Shown piece after piece: positions 1 to 11,592 of a DNA stretch of 64,000 bases (within the stretch, counting starts at the first letter, position 1; the number at the start of each line of letters is the position of its first letter). This stretch comes from Escherichia phage JLBYU31: the sequence record OK272473.1. One strand, 5' to 3'. Under the pieces are notes generated by a model. It was not told where the DNA came from, ran no database searches, and worked only from the letters and a program-made list of their open reading frames with translations. A program made the translations under genes and the position numbers.

Positions 1-1180
<1,180 letters not shown>

Positions 1181-1181
<1 letters not shown>

Positions 1182-1429
1182 TGGAAGGTTTAATTGAAGC
1201 TATTAAATCAAACGACCTCGTAGCCGCTCGTAAATTATTTGCTGAAGCCATGGCTGCAAGAACGATTGATTTAATTAAAGAAGAAAAAATCGCTATCGCT
1301 CGTAATTTCTTAATCGAAGGTGAAGAACCTGAAGACGAGGATGATGACGAAGACGAAGATGGTGATGATAAAGACGATAAAAAAGACAAAGACTCTGACG
1401 AAGATGACGAAGACGAGGATGATGAATAA
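1181..1429 (+). CDS. 67: prohead core protein gp67 (acidic C-terminal tail)
   Basis: 82-aa ORF, ATG overlaps gene 20 stop (TAATG); D/E-rich C-terminus; T4 gene order. Confidence 0.85.
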
Positions 1430-1854
1430 TGCTTCTGATCCCTGAAACTCATGAATTAGTTCTCGAGAATGTCGAAGCACTTATTCCTGAAGCACAGGGT
1501 CGCTTTGACGAATTGTCTTCTGCTTTAAATAAAGACGATATAAATACAATTGTCGAGAATATGCTTGATGATGAAACTGATTTAGCAGTTGCATTAGCTT
1601 CTATTAATGAAAATATGCCGTTAAATGAATTCATCGTTAAACATGTTTCTGCCCGTGGTGAAATTACTCGCACTAAAGATCGCAAAACACGCGAACGTAA
1701 TGCATTTCAAACCACTGGGCTGTCTAAAGCAAAACGTAGACAAATTGCTCGCAAAGCTACCAAAACGAAGATTGCCAATCCAGCAGGTCAATCTCGTGCT
1801 CAGCGTAAGCGTAAAAAAGCTCTTAAACGCCGTAAAGCATTAGGATTAAGCTAA
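1429..1854 (+). CDS. 68: prohead core protein gp68
   Basis: 141-aa ORF, start overlaps gp67 stop (TAATG); basic C-terminus; T4 gene order. Confidence 0.85.
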
Positions 1855-2492
1855 TGAATGAACCCCAATTACTAATTGAAACTTGGGGTCAACCTGGCGA
1901 AATTATTGATGGTGTGCCAATGCTTGAATCCCACGATGGAAAAGACTTAGGTTTAAAACCTGGTTTATACATCGAAGGAATATTCATGCAAGCGGAAGTC
2001 GTCAATAGAAATAAACGTCTTTATCCAAAACGTATATTAGAAAAAGCGGTAAAAGACTATATTAATGAGCAAGTTTTAACTAAACAAGCTCTCGGAGAAT
2101 TAAATCATCCTCCACGCGCTAATGTTGACCCGATGCAAGCCGCTATCATTATAGAAGATATGTGGTGGAAAGGAAATGACGTATACGGACGAGCTCGTGT
2201 TATTGAAGGTGACCACGGTCCTGGAGATAAATTAGCAGCTAATATTCGTGCCGGATGGATTCCAGGAGTTTCTTCTCGTGGATTAGGTTCATTGACTGAC
2301 ACAAATAAAGGTTATCGTATCGTAAACGAAGGATTCAAATTAACTGTAGGTGTTGATGCAGTATGGGGTCCAAGTGCTCCAGATGCATGGGTAACTCCTA
2401 AGGAAATTACCGAATCACAGACGGCGGAAGCCGATACAAGTGCCGATGACGCCTATATGGCTCTCGCAGAGGCCATGAAAAAAGCGTTATAA
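1854..2492 (+). CDS. 21: prohead core protease gp21
   Basis: 212-aa ORF, ATG overlapping gp68 stop; size and position match T4 gp21. Confidence 0.85.
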   Translation: MNEPQLLIETWGQPGEIIDGVPMLESHDGKDLGLKPGLYIEGIFMQAEVVNRNKRLYPKRILEKAVKDYINEQVLTKQALGELNHPPRANVDPMQAAIIIEDMWWKGNDVYGRARVIEGDHGPGDKLAANIRAGWIPGVSSRGLGSLTDTNKGYRIVNEGFKLTVGVDAVWGPSAPDAWVTPKEITESQTAEADTSADDAYMALAEAMKKAL

Positions 2493-2495
2493 ATA
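2488..2495 (+). promoter_or_regulatory. T4-type late promoter TATAAATA upstream of gene 22
   Basis: Exact TATAAATA ~28 nt upstream of the gene 22 ATG, overlapping the gene 21 stop. Confidence 0.6.
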
Positions 2496-2522
2496 TTATT
2501 ATCTAAACAACAGGACTACAAA

Positions 2523-3332
2523 ATGCTTAAAGAACAACTGATTGCTGAAGCGCAAAAAATTGATGCTTCCGTTGCTCTTGATAGTATTTTCGAATCAGTT
2601 AATATTTCTCCGGAAGCAAAAGAAACTTTCGGCACTGTATTCGAAGCTACCGTCAAGCAGCACGCCGTTAAATTAGCTGAATCTCATATCGCTAAAATTG
2701 CTGAAAAAGCAGAAGAAGAAGTAGAAAAAAATAAAGAAGAAGCCGAAGAAAAAGCTGAGAAGAAAATCGCTGAGCAAGCTTCTAAATTCATCGACCATCT
2801 TGCGAAAGAATGGCTCGCTGAAAATAAATTAGCAGTTGATAAAGGCATCAAAGCCGAACTGTTTGAATCCATGCTTGGTGGATTAAAAGAGCTCTTTGTT
2901 GAACACAACGTTGTTGTTCCAGAAGAATCAGTTGATGTTGTAGCTGAAATGGAAGAAGAGCTGCAAGAACATAAAGAAGAATCAGCTCGTCTGTTCGAAG
3001 AACTCAATAAGCGTGACGCATATATCAATTATGTGCAGCGTGAAGTGGCATTGAGCGAAAGTACTAAAGATCTGACTGAGTCTCAAAAAGAAAAAGTCTC
3101 TGCTCTGGTCGAAGGTATGGATTATTCAGATGAATTCTCAAATAAATTGAGTGCCATCGTAGAAATGGTGAAGAAGTCTAATAAAGATGAAAGCACTATT
3201 ACTGAGGGTATAAATACTCCTGATACTGAAGCAGCCGGACTGAATTTCGTCACTGAAGCTGTAGAAGATAAATCTGCATCTGGTGCAGAAGATATTGTAA
3301 GTGTATATGCGAAAGTCGCATCTCGTTTCTAA
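2523..3332 (+). CDS. 22: prohead core scaffold protein gp22
   Basis: 269-aa ORF, E/K-rich helical composition; between 21 and 23 as in T4. Confidence 0.85.
   Translation: MLKEQLIAEAQKIDASVALDSIFESVNISPEAKETFGTVFEATVKQHAVKLAESHIAKIAEKAEEEVEKNKEEAEEKAEKKIAEQASKFIDHLAKEWLAENKLAVDKGIKAELFESMLGGLKELFVEHNVVVPEESVDVVAEMEEELQEHKEESARLFEELNKRDAYINYVQREVALSESTKDLTESQKEKVSALVEGMDYSDEFSNKLSAIVEMVKKSNKDESTITEGINTPDTEAAGLNFVTEAVEDKSASGAEDIVSVYAKVASRF
3209..3216 (+). promoter_or_regulatory. late promoter TATAAATA inside 3' end of gene 22, upstream of gene 23
   Basis: Exact TATAAATA on + strand 135 nt upstream of the gene 23 ATG. Confidence 0.5.
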
Positions 3333-3350
3333 TTTTAAAGGTTAACACAA

Positions 3351-4916
3351 ATGACTATCAAAACTAAAGCTGAACTTTTGAACAAATGGAAGCCATTACT
3401 GGAAGGTGAAGGTTTACCGGAAATTGCTAATAGCAAACAAGCGATTATCGCTAAAATCTTTGAAAACCAGGAAAAAGATTTCCAGACAGCTCCGGAATAT
3501 AAAGACGAAAAAATTGCTCAGGCATTCGGTTCTTTCTTAACAGAAGCTGAAATCGGTGGTGACCACGGTTATAATGCTACTAACATTGCTGCAGGTCAGA
3601 CTTCTGGCGCGGTAACTCAGATTGGCCCAGCTGTTATGGGTATGGTACGTCGTGCTATTCCTAACCTGATTGCTTTCGATATTTGTGGTGTTCAGCCGAT
3701 GAACAGCCCGACTGGCCAGGTATTCGCACTCCGCGCGGTATATGGTAAAGATCCGATCGCTTCCGATGCTAAAGAAGCATTCCACCCAATGTATGGTCCA
3801 GACGCAATGTTCTCTGGTCAGGGTGCTGCTAAGAAATTCCCAGCTCTGGCTGCTAGTACACAAACCGTTGTGGGTGATATCTATACTCACTTCTTCCAGG
3901 ACACTGGTACTGTGTATCTGCAAGCTTCCGCTGTAGTAACAATCGATGCTGGCGCGACTGATGCTGCTAAATTAGATGCTGAAATTAAGAAACAAATGGA
4001 AGCTGGCGTACTGGTAGAAATCGCTGAAGGTATGGCTACTTCTATCGCTGAACTCCAGGAAGGTTTCAACGGTTCTACCGATAACCCATGGAATGAAATG
4101 GGCTTCCGTATCGATAAACAAGTTATCGAAGCTAAATCTCGTCAGCTGAAAGCTGCTTACTCTATCGAATTAGCACAAGACCTCCGCGCTGTTCACGGTA
4201 TGGATGCTGATGCTGAACTGTCTGGTATTCTGGCTACCGAAATCATGCTGGAAATCAACCGTGAAGTTGTTGATTGGATTAACTACTCCGCACAGGTTGG
4301 TAAATCTGGTATGACCCTGACTCCGGGTTCTAAAGCTGGTGTATTTGACTTCCAGGACCCAATCGATATTCGTGGTGCTCGCTGGGCAGGTGAATCCTTT
4401 AAAGCTCTGTTGTTCCAGATTGACAAAGAAGCAGTTGAAATTGCTCGTCAGACCGGTCGTGGTGAAGGTAACTTCATTATCGCTTCCCGTAACGTAGTTA
4501 ACGTTCTGGCTTCAGTTGATACTGGCATTTCTTATGCTGCACAGGGTCTGGCTACCGGCTTTAACACTGATACTACCAAGTCAGTATTTGCTGGTGTTCT
4601 GGGTGGTAAATACCGTGTATATATCGACCAGTATGCTAAACAGGATTATTTCACTGTAGGTTATAAAGGTCCGAACGAAATGGATGCTGGTATTTACTAT
4701 GCTCCATATGTAGCTCTGACTCCGCTGCGTGGTTCCGATCCGAAGAACTTCCAACCGGTAATGGGATTCAAAACTCGTTACGGTATCGGTATCAACCCAT
4801 TTGCAGAATCCGCTGCTCAGGCTCCGGCTTCTCGCATCCAGAGCGGTATGCCTTCTATTCTGAACAGCCTTGGTAAGAACGCTTACTTTAGACGTGTATA
4901 TGTTAAAGGTATCTAA
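3351..4916 (+). CDS. 23: major capsid protein gp23
   Basis: 521-aa ORF, same length as T4 gp23; E. coli-like high-expression codon usage; followed by strong hairpin terminator. Confidence 0.95.
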   Translation: MTIKTKAELLNKWKPLLEGEGLPEIANSKQAIIAKIFENQEKDFQTAPEYKDEKIAQAFGSFLTEAEIGGDHGYNATNIAAGQTSGAVTQIGPAVMGMVRRAIPNLIAFDICGVQPMNSPTGQVFALRAVYGKDPIASDAKEAFHPMYGPDAMFSGQGAAKKFPALAASTQTVVGDIYTHFFQDTGTVYLQASAVVTIDAGATDAAKLDAEIKKQMEAGVLVEIAEGMATSIAELQEGFNGSTDNPWNEMGFRIDKQVIEAKSRQLKAAYSIELAQDLRAVHGMDADAELSGILATEIMLEINREVVDWINYSAQVGKSGMTLTPGSKAGVFDFQDPIDIRGARWAGESFKALLFQIDKEAVEIARQTGRGEGNFIIASRNVVNVLASVDTGISYAAQGLATGFNTDTTKSVFAGVLGGKYRVYIDQYAKQDYFTVGYKGPNEMDAGIYYAPYVALTPLRGSDPKNFQPVMGFKTRYGIGINPFAESAAQAPASRIQSGMPSILNSLGKNAYFRRVYVKGI

Positions 4917-4930
4917 TCTTTGACGATTTA

Positions 4931-4950
4931 AGGGACCTTCGGGTCCCTTT
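4931..4950 (+). terminator. hairpin AGGGACC-TTCG-GGTCCCT plus T-run after gene 23
   Basis: 7-bp GC stem with UUCG tetraloop 15 nt after the gene 23 stop. Confidence 0.75.
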
Positions 4951-4964
4951 AGTTGTTTTTATGG

Positions 4965-4972
4965 TATAAATA
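4965..4972 (+). promoter_or_regulatory. late promoter TATAAATA for gene 24
   Basis: Exact TATAAATA 28 nt upstream of the gene 24 ATG, SD GGAAAG between. Confidence 0.65.
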
Positions 4973-4999
4973 AATCATATAAACCAAAAGGAAAGCGCA

Positions 5000-6283
5000 A
5001 TGGCTAAAATCAACGAACTTCTGCGCGAATCAACCACAACGAATAGCAACTCAATCGGTCGCCCAAATCTCGTTGCTTTGACTCGCGCTACCACTAAATT
5101 AATATATTCTGACATTGTAGCAACGCAAAGAACTAATCAACCTGTTGCTGCTTTTTATGGTATCAAATACCTTAACCCAGACAATGAATTTACATTTAAA
5201 ACTGGTGCTACTTACGCTGGCGAAGCTGGATATGTAGACCGAGAACAAATCACAGAATTAACAGAAGAGTCTAAATTAACTCTCAATAAAGGCGATTTAT
5301 TCAAATATAATAATATCGTTTATAAAGTATTAGAAGATACACCATTTGCTGATATTGAAGAAAGCGACTTAGAGTTAGCTCTTCAGATTGCAATCGTTCT
5401 TTTAAAGGTTCGTCTATTTTCTGATGCAGCATCAACAAGCAAATTTGAAAGCTCTGATAGCGAAATTGCAGATGCTAGATTCCAGATTAATAAATGGCAA
5501 ACCGCCGTTAAATCTCGTAAACTTAAAACTGGTATCACAGTTGAATTAGCACAAGATTTAGAAGCAAATGGATTCGATGCTCCTAATTTCTTGGAAGATT
5601 TGCTTGCAACTGAAATGGCAGATGAAATCAATAAAGATATTCTGCAGTCTTTGATTACAGTATCAAAACGTTATAAAGTTACAGGAATTACTGATACTGG
5701 ATTCATTGATTTGAGTTATGCATCTGCACCTGAAGCTGGTCGTTCATTATACCGAATGGTATGTGAAATGGTTTCACATATCCAAAAAGAATCAACTTAT
5801 ACAGCAACGTTTTGTGTTGCTTCAGCTCGTGCCGCTGCGATTCTTGCTGCATCAGGTTGGTTAAAACATAAACCAGAAGATGATAAATATCTTTCACAAA
5901 ATGCCTATGGGTTCTTAGCTAATGGTTTACCGCTTTATTGCGATACTAACAGCCCATTAGATTATGTAATCGTTGGCGTAGTAGAAAATATCGGTGAAAA
6001 AGAAATTGTTGGATCAATTTTCTATGCTCCGTATACAGAAGGTCTCGACTTAGATGACCCTGAACATGTTGGTGCATTTAAAGTTGTGGTTGATCCAGAA
6101 AGCTTACAACCGTCTATCGGTTTATTAGTTAGATATGCTTTATCAGCAAATCCTTATACCGTAGCAAAAGATGAAAAAGAAGCAAGAATAATTGACGGTG
6201 GAGACATGGATAAAATGGCGGGTCGTTCAGATTTGTCTGTTTTATTAGGTGTTAAATTACCAAAAATTATTATTGATGAATAA
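5000..6283 (+). CDS. 24: capsid vertex protein gp24
   Basis: 427-aa ORF, paralogous layout to gp23, T4 gene order. Confidence 0.9.
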   Translation: MAKINELLRESTTTNSNSIGRPNLVALTRATTKLIYSDIVATQRTNQPVAAFYGIKYLNPDNEFTFKTGATYAGEAGYVDREQITELTEESKLTLNKGDLFKYNNIVYKVLEDTPFADIEESDLELALQIAIVLLKVRLFSDAASTSKFESSDSEIADARFQINKWQTAVKSRKLKTGITVELAQDLEANGFDAPNFLEDLLATEMADEINKDILQSLITVSKRYKVTGITDTGFIDLSYASAPEAGRSLYRMVCEMVSHIQKESTYTATFCVASARAAAILAASGWLKHKPEDDKYLSQNAYGFLANGLPLYCDTNSPLDYVIVGVVENIGEKEIVGSIFYAPYTEGLDLDDPEHVGAFKVVVDPESLQPSIGLLVRYALSANPYTVAKDEKEARIIDGGDMDKMAGRSDLSVLLGVKLPKIIIDE

Positions 6284-6286
6284 AAC

Positions 6287-6310
6287 AAAGGGACCGAAAG
6301 GTCCCTTTTT
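6287..6310. terminator. bidirectional hairpin AAAGGGACC-GAAA-GGTCCCTTT between convergent genes 24 and rnlB
   Basis: Perfect 9-bp stem with GNRA loop flanked by A-run/T-run, usable on both strands. Confidence 0.75.
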
Positions 6311-6312
6311 AT

Positions 6313-7320
6313 TTAGCTCACCAACTCAATCCAAGCTGGACGAAGTACATCTTGTACCATTTTAACTAATTCCTTTTTAATCAAAGAAGGATTATCTGCT
6401 TGAGTTAGAGTAATACCTTCACGAGAAGTTTCTTCCAAAATATCTTGAACAGTTAGCCCCATCACCTTTCCAAAATCCTTTGGACCAATTTCGCCAATTT
6501 TAGAAATAACGTTATTTACGCGGTTTAGTGTAACGTAACAAGCTAAAATTCCAACCAATTTGTTATCAGCTTCTGATAGCTCAACTTTAGCTTTAATAGG
6601 CTTATCAGACTTTTTCTTTTCACTAAATTTAGAGTTCTTGCATTTAATCGCTACACGAGCACCGTTTGGCAGCCATTTAGGGAAACAAGGCTTCAGAACA
6701 TAACCTTCTGCAGTATTATCACCAATAACATTAGCATCAAATACACAATTATTTGCTTCGACAAGGTCTTCCGATGCCGTAACGTTATAAGCGGCTAAGA
6801 CGGAATCAAGGTCGTTTGGAATCATGATAAGAGCATCAAATGTTCCACGTCCAAGCATTGGTGCCATTTTAAAACCAAACGTATTACAGAAATCTTGCAT
6901 TTCGTAATCACTCATGTAATAAGTATCACCGCTTTCCGTGTTTATGATGATATCGAATACATAGAAATCTTTTTCACCGTAGTCAACACCTTTCTGAATT
7001 CCACCACCAGCGAATTCACCAAAGACTTGATATGTCACCGGCACTGAAGTTGAAATACTGTCCATGACTTCTTGAACGCCTTTAATAGCTTTATCATACT
7101 TTTTGAGTACTATTTCATAGCCATAAAAATCTTCTGCTGGAAGAATAGGGCCAGTACGTTTAGCGCAAGTTACTTTATCACGCTCAATAATCAATGAGAA
7201 ATTTGTACCATGAATCTTTTCACGAGCTACCCACTCCCCACCAGTCAATCCCAAGCTATAAAGTTTTTCAATAAATTTAGAGTTATAATGATTTTCAAGA
7301 CTGCTATACTTTTTAAACAT
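6313..7320 (-). CDS. rnlB: RNA ligase 2
   Basis: 335-aa ORF; N-terminus [16 protein letters not shown].. and nucleotidyltransferase lysine motif KIHGTN typical of T4 Rnl2. Confidence 0.9.
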   Translation of the reverse strand: MFKKYSSLENHYNSKFIEKLYSLGLTGGEWVAREKIHGTNFSLIIERDKVTCAKRTGPILPAEDFYGYEIVLKKYDKAIKGVQEVMDSISTSVPVTYQVFGEFAGGGIQKGVDYGEKDFYVFDIIINTESGDTYYMSDYEMQDFCNTFGFKMAPMLGRGTFDALIMIPNDLDSVLAAYNVTASEDLVEANNCVFDANVIGDNTAEGYVLKPCFPKWLPNGARVAIKCKNSKFSEKKKSDKPIKAKVELSEADNKLVGILACYVTLNRVNNVISKIGEIGPKDFGKVMGLTVQDILEETSREGITLTQADNPSLIKKELVKMVQDVLRPAWIELVS

Positions 7321-7329
7321 AATTAATCC

Positions 7330-7608
7330 TCAAAATGTAATTTCTAACCAATCACCATCACGCTGATCACTATTAACTTTAAAGCTGAATCCTTCTTTTC
7401 TCAGCCAATCACCAATTTCTTCAGTAATCAATTTATCGCGAGCAGTACAATAATAACTAAAATATGTTTTACCTTGTTCAGCTGCTTTATTAGCAAGTTC
7501 CGAAAAATCTTTAATAAAACACTCTAGTTTAAACTGTTTACTTTTAAGTGCTTTTTCGCGTAATTGATTAGCAAAAGATTCATTTTCATAAAGATCATAC
7601 TGTTCCAT
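7330..7608 (-). CDS. hypothetical protein (92 aa)
   Basis: ORF with ATG start, co-oriented downstream of the next ORF; no recognisable motif. Confidence 0.6.
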   Translation of the reverse strand: MEQYDLYENESFANQLREKALKSKQFKLECFIKDFSELANKAAEQGKTYFSYYCTARDKLITEEIGDWLRKEGFSFKVNSDQRDGDWLEITF

Positions 7609-7810
7609 TTTTCACCTTTTTATTAATATGTCTTTTTCTATAGACAACTTTTTCTCGAGTCTCAAATTTATTCTTAGCAGTCATAGCTCGAGCCCACAAT
7701 ACAGCCACTTCTTTCGCCTGCAAGTTCAATTCACGAGCAATTTCAATGAATGACTTTCCAGACTCATGAAGAGTAAACACCACAACCTCAGTTCTCATAA
7801 TCAATCTCAT
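7595..7810 (-). CDS. hypothetical small basic protein (71 aa)
   Basis: ORF with ATG start; follows hoc terminator. Confidence 0.55.
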   Translation of the reverse strand: MRLIMRTEVVVFTLHESGKSFIEIARELNLQAKEVAVLWARAMTAKNKFETREKVVYRKRHINKKVKNGTV

Positions 7811-7860
7811 GTTATCGAGTTGATGCCATTATATACAACGTTTTCTGATTGTGTCTTGCG

Positions 7861-7893
7861 TGCTTTCAAAATGAAGAAAGGGGCCGAAGCCCC
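7861..7893 (-). terminator. hairpin GGGGC-UUCG-GCCCC plus U-run downstream of hoc
   Basis: GC stem with UUCG loop 6 nt after the hoc stop, followed on minus strand by TTTCTTCATTTT. Confidence 0.7.
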
Positions 7894-7898
7894 TACGA

Positions 7899-9029
7899 TT
7901 ATGGATAGGTATAGATGATACCAGTTTCTAAAGCAGTTTTATGAATGATGTATCCATTGCGCGATTCTTGAACATCAACTTCTGGATAGTCTTTCATCAT
8001 CTTCTGGAGAGTGTAACGATGCAAGTAGTACTTACTATCTGGATCGTCAGTTTTCCAATCTTTACCTTCTTCGGTCATTTTTTGGATTTCATCCATAACC
8101 CACCAACCGCACCAGATGTAAGCTGAAGTGCGATGTGGAAGAGGATGAACATAAGGTAATTCACCTTCTGGTTCCGGAGCAACTTTATCAGTTACCTGAA
8201 CTTGACCTTCTGCTGTGATAGTTTTGCTATCATAGTCAGTTGCTGTAACGACAGCAGTAACTTCAATAGTTTGACTTCCAATAGATGATGTATCAACGGT
8301 ATATACATTAGTTGACCCTTCTACAGGAGAAGAATCTTTCTTCCATGAATATTCAATTTGCGCTTCTTCTGGAGCATCAGTGACATTAGCAGTAAATGTA
8401 GCTGAAGCATCTTGTTGAACGTTAATAGAAGGAGGAGTCAATGTAACCTGTGGATTCATTGTCTTCTTATTAACTGTTAATGATACTTCATTAGAAGTAA
8501 CTTCCTTTGCATCATAATCTGTCGCGGTTACTTGAGCTACACACTTAATTGTTTTAACTCCGCTTGTGTCAGGAGTGTAATTGAATGTAGCGTCAGTTGC
8601 TTCGCTTACAGGAGAACCGTCAACGTGCCATTGATACGTAGCAGATGCACCTGGCGGCTGTGAATCTAAGGCAGCGGTAAATTGAACGGCTGTTCCGATT
8701 ACTCCCTCCGGAGGACTAGCAGGAGTTACGGCTAATGTAGTTGTCTGTGTTTTATTTTGAACCGTGATAGTTGTAGTAGTTTCTGCTGTTTCAGGTTCAG
8801 ATTCTGCAACTTGATTGGTTGCAACGACTTTAATAGTCTTTTGACCGGCAGGTCCTTTTAGTACATAACTAAAAGTTGCTGACGTTTCTTCCTGCGGAGC
8901 GTCGTCTACAGTCCAAGCATATGTAATAGGTCCATCTCCAGTTTGACCACTGGGTGTAGCAGTAAACTGCTGAGTCTGATCTATAACTCCAGTAGGTGTT
9001 TTAGGAGTTATATCAACTGTAAAAGCCAT
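7899..9029 (-). CDS. hoc: highly immunogenic outer capsid protein Hoc (Ig-like repeats)
   Basis: 376-aa ORF, T/S/V-rich repeated beta-rich segments, conserved C-terminal capsid-binding part; T4 position. Confidence 0.85.
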   Translation of the reverse strand: MAFTVDITPKTPTGVIDQTQQFTATPSGQTGDGPITYAWTVDDAPQEETSATFSYVLKGPAGQKTIKVVATNQVAESEPETAETTTTITVQNKTQTTTLAVTPASPPEGVIGTAVQFTAALDSQPPGASATYQWHVDGSPVSEATDATFNYTPDTSGVKTIKCVAQVTATDYDAKEVTSNEVSLTVNKKTMNPQVTLTPPSINVQQDASATFTANVTDAPEEAQIEYSWKKDSSPVEGSTNVYTVDTSSIGSQTIEVTAVVTATDYDSKTITAEGQVQVTDKVAPEPEGELPYVHPLPHRTSAYIWCGWWVMDEIQKMTEEGKDWKTDDPDSKYYLHRYTLQKMMKDYPEVDVQESRNGYIIHKTALETGIIYTYP

Positions 9030-9038
9030 AAGTTATCC

Positions 9039-9719
9039 TTATTTTAATGTTACGAAAGAAGAATTACGTGTTTCACGAATTAAAACTGATCCGTCACGAT
9101 TAATGTAGTAAATTAAGCTAAATAAAGTTTGGTGCGCCGACGCGTGTTCAAAACTAGTTGGGTGAGATTTCCAATCCGGAGTTTCAGCAATCCACTGGTA
9201 AATCCACCAAGGAACAGTGCAGAATCCTGGATTTTTTCCAATCAGCTGAAGATTCGGACTAAAGTTTTCCGGAAGAGTAAATACAGACGGCTTTTCAGAT
9301 TCAATAATCTCAGCTACAGCCTGCTCGAATTTTTCTTCAACAAAAGGAGTATCTTCAATCAAAACATCGGTATTTTCAGGAATTTTATCCGTTTCTACTA
9401 CTTCAATTTTAATGTCAGATTTAACCGGAGAATCAATCAGAAGTGCTGCCTCTGGATTGACTTCTTCATCGTCATATTTTAATCCGTCTGCAGCATCAGC
9501 AGCATCAATTAAGTCTTTAATAGATAACCCATCAGTCTCTGGCATAGGTTCACTAGCGAGCTTCTGGAGGGCTTCTTCAATATCAACAACGATATTATCA
9601 AAAGATTTATTCTTTTTGACCTTTATACCAAACTGCTCAGCATATTCAGCTAATTTAGCTTTAGCTTCTTTGTTATCATCAAGAGCCTTCAGCTCTGCAA
9701 TATAATCTTTATCTATCAT
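9039..9719 (-). CDS. inh: Inh, inhibitor of prohead protease
   Basis: 226-aa ORF immediately upstream of hoc on same strand as in T4. Confidence 0.75.
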   Translation of the reverse strand: MIDKDYIAELKALDDNKEAKAKLAEYAEQFGIKVKKNKSFDNIVVDIEEALQKLASEPMPETDGLSIKDLIDAADAADGLKYDDEEVNPEAALLIDSPVKSDIKIEVVETDKIPENTDVLIEDTPFVEEKFEQAVAEIIESEKPSVFTLPENFSPNLQLIGKNPGFCTVPWWIYQWIAETPDWKSHPTSFEHASAHQTLFSLIYYINRDGSVLIRETRNSSFVTLK

Positions 9720-9732
9720 AATATTTCCTCAG

Positions 9733-9740
9733 TATAAATA
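9733..9740 (+). promoter_or_regulatory. late promoter TATAAATA upstream of uvsW
   Basis: Exact TATAAATA 30 nt upstream of the uvsW ATG. Confidence 0.6.
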
Positions 9741-9769
9741 TAGATATATTTATTACATGGTATTTAGAC

Positions 9770-11281
9770 ATGACTGACATTAAAGTACATTTTTATGATT
9801 TTAGTCACGTGAGAATTGATTGTGAAGAAAGTACATTTCATGAACTCCGTGATTTCTTTAGCTTTGAAGCTGATGGGTATCGTTTTAATCCGAAGTACAG
9901 ATATGGCCACTGGGATGGACGAATCCGTCTTTTAGATTATAATCGCCTTCTTCCATTCGGCTTGGTCGGGCAAATTAAAAAGTTCTGTGATAACTTTGGC
10001 TATAAAGCCTGGATTGACCCGCAAATTAACGAAAAAGAAGAATTATCAAGAAAAGATTTTGATGAATGGCTTTCTAAATTAGAAATCTATTCAGGAAATA
10101 AAAGAATTGAACCGCACTGGTATCAAAAAGATGCAGTGTTCGAAGGATTAGTTAATCGTCGTAGAATTCTTAATCTTCCAACATCTGCAGGTAAATCTTT
10201 AATTCAAGCTTTGCTTGCTCGGTATTATTTGGAAAATTATGAAGGTAAAATTCTTATCATTGTTCCAACAACTGCTCTGACAACTCAGATGGCTGATGAC
10301 TTTGTTGACTATCGTTTATTCAGTCATGCAATGATAAAGAAAATCGGCGGTGGAGCATCAAAAGATGATAAATATAAAAATGATGCACCAGTCGTTGTTG
10401 GTACATGGCAAACTGTAGTAAAACAACCGAAAGAATGGTTCTCACAGTTTGGAATGATGATGAATGATGAATGCCATCTTGCTACAGGAAAAAGTATTTC
10501 ATCTATCATATCAGGTTTAAATAACTGCATGTTTAAATTTGGTCTATCAGGTTCATTACGTGACGGCAAAGCCAATATCATGCAGTATGTTGGAATGTTT
10601 GGTGAAATATTTAAGCCAGTAACGACCTCTAAATTAATGGAAGATGGACAAGTAACTGAGTTAAAAATTAATAGTATTTTTCTTCGCTATCCCGATGAGT
10701 TCACTACTAAATTAAAGGGAAAAACTTACCAAGAAGAAATAAAAATTATTACTGGGCTCAGTAAAAGAAATAAATGGATCGCTAAATTAGCTATTAAGCT
10801 TGCACAAAAAGATGAAAACGCTTTTGTCATGTTTAAACACGTATCGCACGGTAAAGCTATTTTCGATTTAATTAAAAATGAATACGATAAAGTTTATTAC
10901 GTATCAGGGGAAGTTGATACCGAAACCCGCAATATAATGAAAACCTTAGCTGAAAATGGTAAAGGAATAATTATAGTAGCGAGTTATGGTGTATTTTCTA
11001 CTGGTATTTCAGTTAAAAATCTGCATCATGTTGTTTTAGCGCACGGCGTTAAATCAAAAATCATTGTATTACAAACAATCGGTCGTGTATTACGTAAGCA
11101 TGGTTCTAAGACAATAGCAACAGTCTGGGACCTCATCGATGATTGTGGTGTTAAGCCAAAATCTGCTAATACGAAAAAGAAATACGTTCATTTGAACTAT
11201 CTTTTAAAACACGGCATTGATCGTATTCAGCGCTACGCAGATGAAAAATTTAATTACGTAATGAAAACAGTTAATTTATAA
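9770..11281 (+). CDS. uvsW: UvsW DNA/RNA helicase
   Basis: 503-aa ORF with Walker A PTSAGKS and DECH box; T4 position. Confidence 0.9.
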   Translation: MTDIKVHFYDFSHVRIDCEESTFHELRDFFSFEADGYRFNPKYRYGHWDGRIRLLDYNRLLPFGLVGQIKKFCDNFGYKAWIDPQINEKEELSRKDFDEWLSKLEIYSGNKRIEPHWYQKDAVFEGLVNRRRILNLPTSAGKSLIQALLARYYLENYEGKILIIVPTTALTTQMADDFVDYRLFSHAMIKKIGGGASKDDKYKNDAPVVVGTWQTVVKQPKEWFSQFGMMMNDECHLATGKSISSIISGLNNCMFKFGLSGSLRDGKANIMQYVGMFGEIFKPVTTSKLMEDGQVTELKINSIFLRYPDEFTTKLKGKTYQEEIKIITGLSKRNKWIAKLAIKLAQKDENAFVMFKHVSHGKAIFDLIKNEYDKVYYVSGEVDTETRNIMKTLAENGKGIIIVASYGVFSTGISVKNLHHVVLAHGVKSKIIVLQTIGRVLRKHGSKTIATVWDLIDDCGVKPKSANTKKKYVHLNYLLKHGIDRIQRYADEKFNYVMKTVNL

Positions 11282-11296
11282 GGGCTTCGGCCCTTT
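11282..11296 (+). terminator. hairpin GGGC-TTCG-GCCC plus TTT after uvsW
   Basis: UUCG-loop hairpin starting right after the uvsW stop. Confidence 0.55.
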
Positions 11297-11306
11297 GGAG
11301 AAAAAG

Positions 11307-11537
11307 ATGTTACTAGGATTTAAACAATTTCTTTATGAAGCTTCTATTGATGAATTTATGGGTAAAATTGCCTCTTGTCAAACATTAGAAGGTTTAGAAG
11401 AACTTGAAGCTTATTATAAGAAAAGAGTTAAAGAAACTGAATTAAAAGATACTGATGACATCTCTGTGAGAGATGCTTTGGCAGGAAAAAGAGCTGAATT
11501 AGAAGATTCAGACGATGAAGTAGAAGAAAGCTTTTAA
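11307..11537 (+). CDS. uvsW.1: UvsW.1-like small acidic protein (76 aa)
   Basis: Track ORF starts at TTG 11295; first ATG at 11307 preceded by GGAG; 76 aa. Confidence 0.7.
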   Translation: MLLGFKQFLYEASIDEFMGKIASCQTLEGLEELEAYYKKRVKETELKDTDDISVRDALAGKRAELEDSDDEVEESF

Positions 11538-11540
11538 ATT

Positions 11541-11569
11541 AAAAAAGGCCCAACCGAAAAGGAAGGGCC
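11541..11569 (-). terminator. stem-loop GGCCCAACC-GAAAA-GGAAGGGCC with U-run (minus strand)
   Basis: Interrupted GC stem between convergent uvsW.1 and the small minus-strand ORF; A6 on plus = U6 on minus. Confidence 0.45.
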
Positions 11570-11592
11570 AAAACTATAGACTAAAGGTCACA

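Noticed and set aside
2684-3028. 114-aa Ser-rich minus-strand ORF
   Set aside because: Antisense to the E/K-rich scaffold gene 22; low-complexity mirror ORF
9129-9705. Two plus-strand ORFs (117 and 97 aa)
   Set aside because: Both lie entirely antisense within inh; no SD, low-complexity translations
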